64,000 bases of DNA, taken from Squalus acanthias. Taxonomy: Eukaryota. Shown here piece by piece: positions 63,033-64,000 of the stretch (its first letter is position 1; each line of letters starts with the position of its first letter). The translations under genes were made by a program, and so were the position numbers. The stretch lies in contig CM059432.1 of the NCBI GenBank assembly GCA_030390025.1, positions 113,400,001 to 113,464,000 of the forward strand. Reading direction: 5' to 3'. The notes under the pieces are model-generated. The model was not told the origin of the DNA. It made no database searches and worked only from the letters and a program-made list of their open reading frames with translations.

Positions 63033-64000
63033 ACTCCCAAATTCCCAGACCTCTCTGCCGTCAAGACTACGCTTCTCCACTAGACTAGTGATCTAGTGAC
63101 TAGTGGATCGCGAGTGGAGTTCGGGGGCAGGGATCGCGAGAATATCAGTGCTAATTTGATCCTGTGAGAGACAATATCATTCATGTCCAAAGCCAGGATC
63201 CAGAAGCGAGGACGAACCCAGCAGCGAGGTCAAGGTCCGGGAGTGGCGCAGCGTGGACCAGCAGCGGGGTCGGGGCCCAGGGAAGGTGCAGCACGGGCCA
63301 ACAGCGAGGTCGGGAGGACCACAATGCATCCTACAAAACCCAGGCAGAGAGGACCTGCGGGAAGGAGGGAGGAGGACAGTAGGAGTATGTTTGTGTGTGT
63401 GTGCTAGGCCATTGTAGCAGAGCCTGGTCTCCAATCATCTTGGATCCCCTTGCCATTGGACCAAGACCTTGCACTGTCAAGCCCGTGTGGCAGCTGGTGT
63501 GCAACGGCCACCCCACGTTAAAAGAATTCACGCACCGGCATCTTCCACCCTTTAAAATGAAGTTCTGGACCTGGAACGTCAGGACCCTCATGGACAACCC
63601 CAACAGTGCCAGACCGGAACACCGTACTGCTATCGTTGCCCGGGAACTCAGACGTTTTGACATTGACGTCGGCTCCCTAAGTGAGACCCAGCGGGCAGGG
63701 GAAGGCCAGCTCAAGGAGCAAGGCGGTGGTTACACCTTCTTCTGGAAAGGCAAACCTGAAGAAGAACGCCGCCTCCATGGGGTAGGCTTCGCCATAAAAA
63801 TGAACTAGTTGGGTGTCTCAGAGTCTCCCCTAGCAGTATAAACAAGCGCCTCATGACTCTTCGGCTCACCCTAGCCCGGAACCAGTGCGCTACGGTCATC
63901 AGTGTGTACGCCCCAACACTGGAAGCCACAGACGAGACCAAAGAGGAATTCTACTCCAGCCTCGAACAATCCCTGTCCCGAGTCCCAACGGGCAACAAGC
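63033..64000 (+). mobile_element. RTE-clade LINE 5' region and endonuclease start, running off the window
   Basis: MKFWTWNVRTLMD...ARELRRFDID...LSET...GYTFFWKG...GVGFAIK from about 63558; frameshift near 63800; left boundary approximate. Confidence 0.85.

Overview
Eukaryotic genomic DNA that is almost entirely transposable elements. The repeat repertoire (HER1-type CR1 LINEs, L2 fragments, a SacSINE1-like Deu-domain SINE, Penelope and Harbinger elements) points to a cartilaginous fish. No host protein-coding gene is recognisable; there is one candidate exon at 46172-46324. Main contents: (1) an intact Gypsy gag-pol ORF with a YLDN RT motif and a short 3' LTR; (2) three copies of a single-ORF APE-RT LINE, one full-length with a tRNA-like Pol III head inside the same TSD; (3) many CR1 copies; (4) two-gene PIF/Harbinger transposons and their MITEs; (5) a hAT MITE; (6) an open Penelope RT/GIY-YIG ORF and Penelope termini with hammerhead ribozyme motifs, including a perfect 332-bp palindrome; (7) three solo LTRs with 4-bp TSDs; (8) a degenerate Gypsy and the 5' part of an RTE LINE. 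Nesting reaches four levels. Family names come from motif recognition only; no database search was run.
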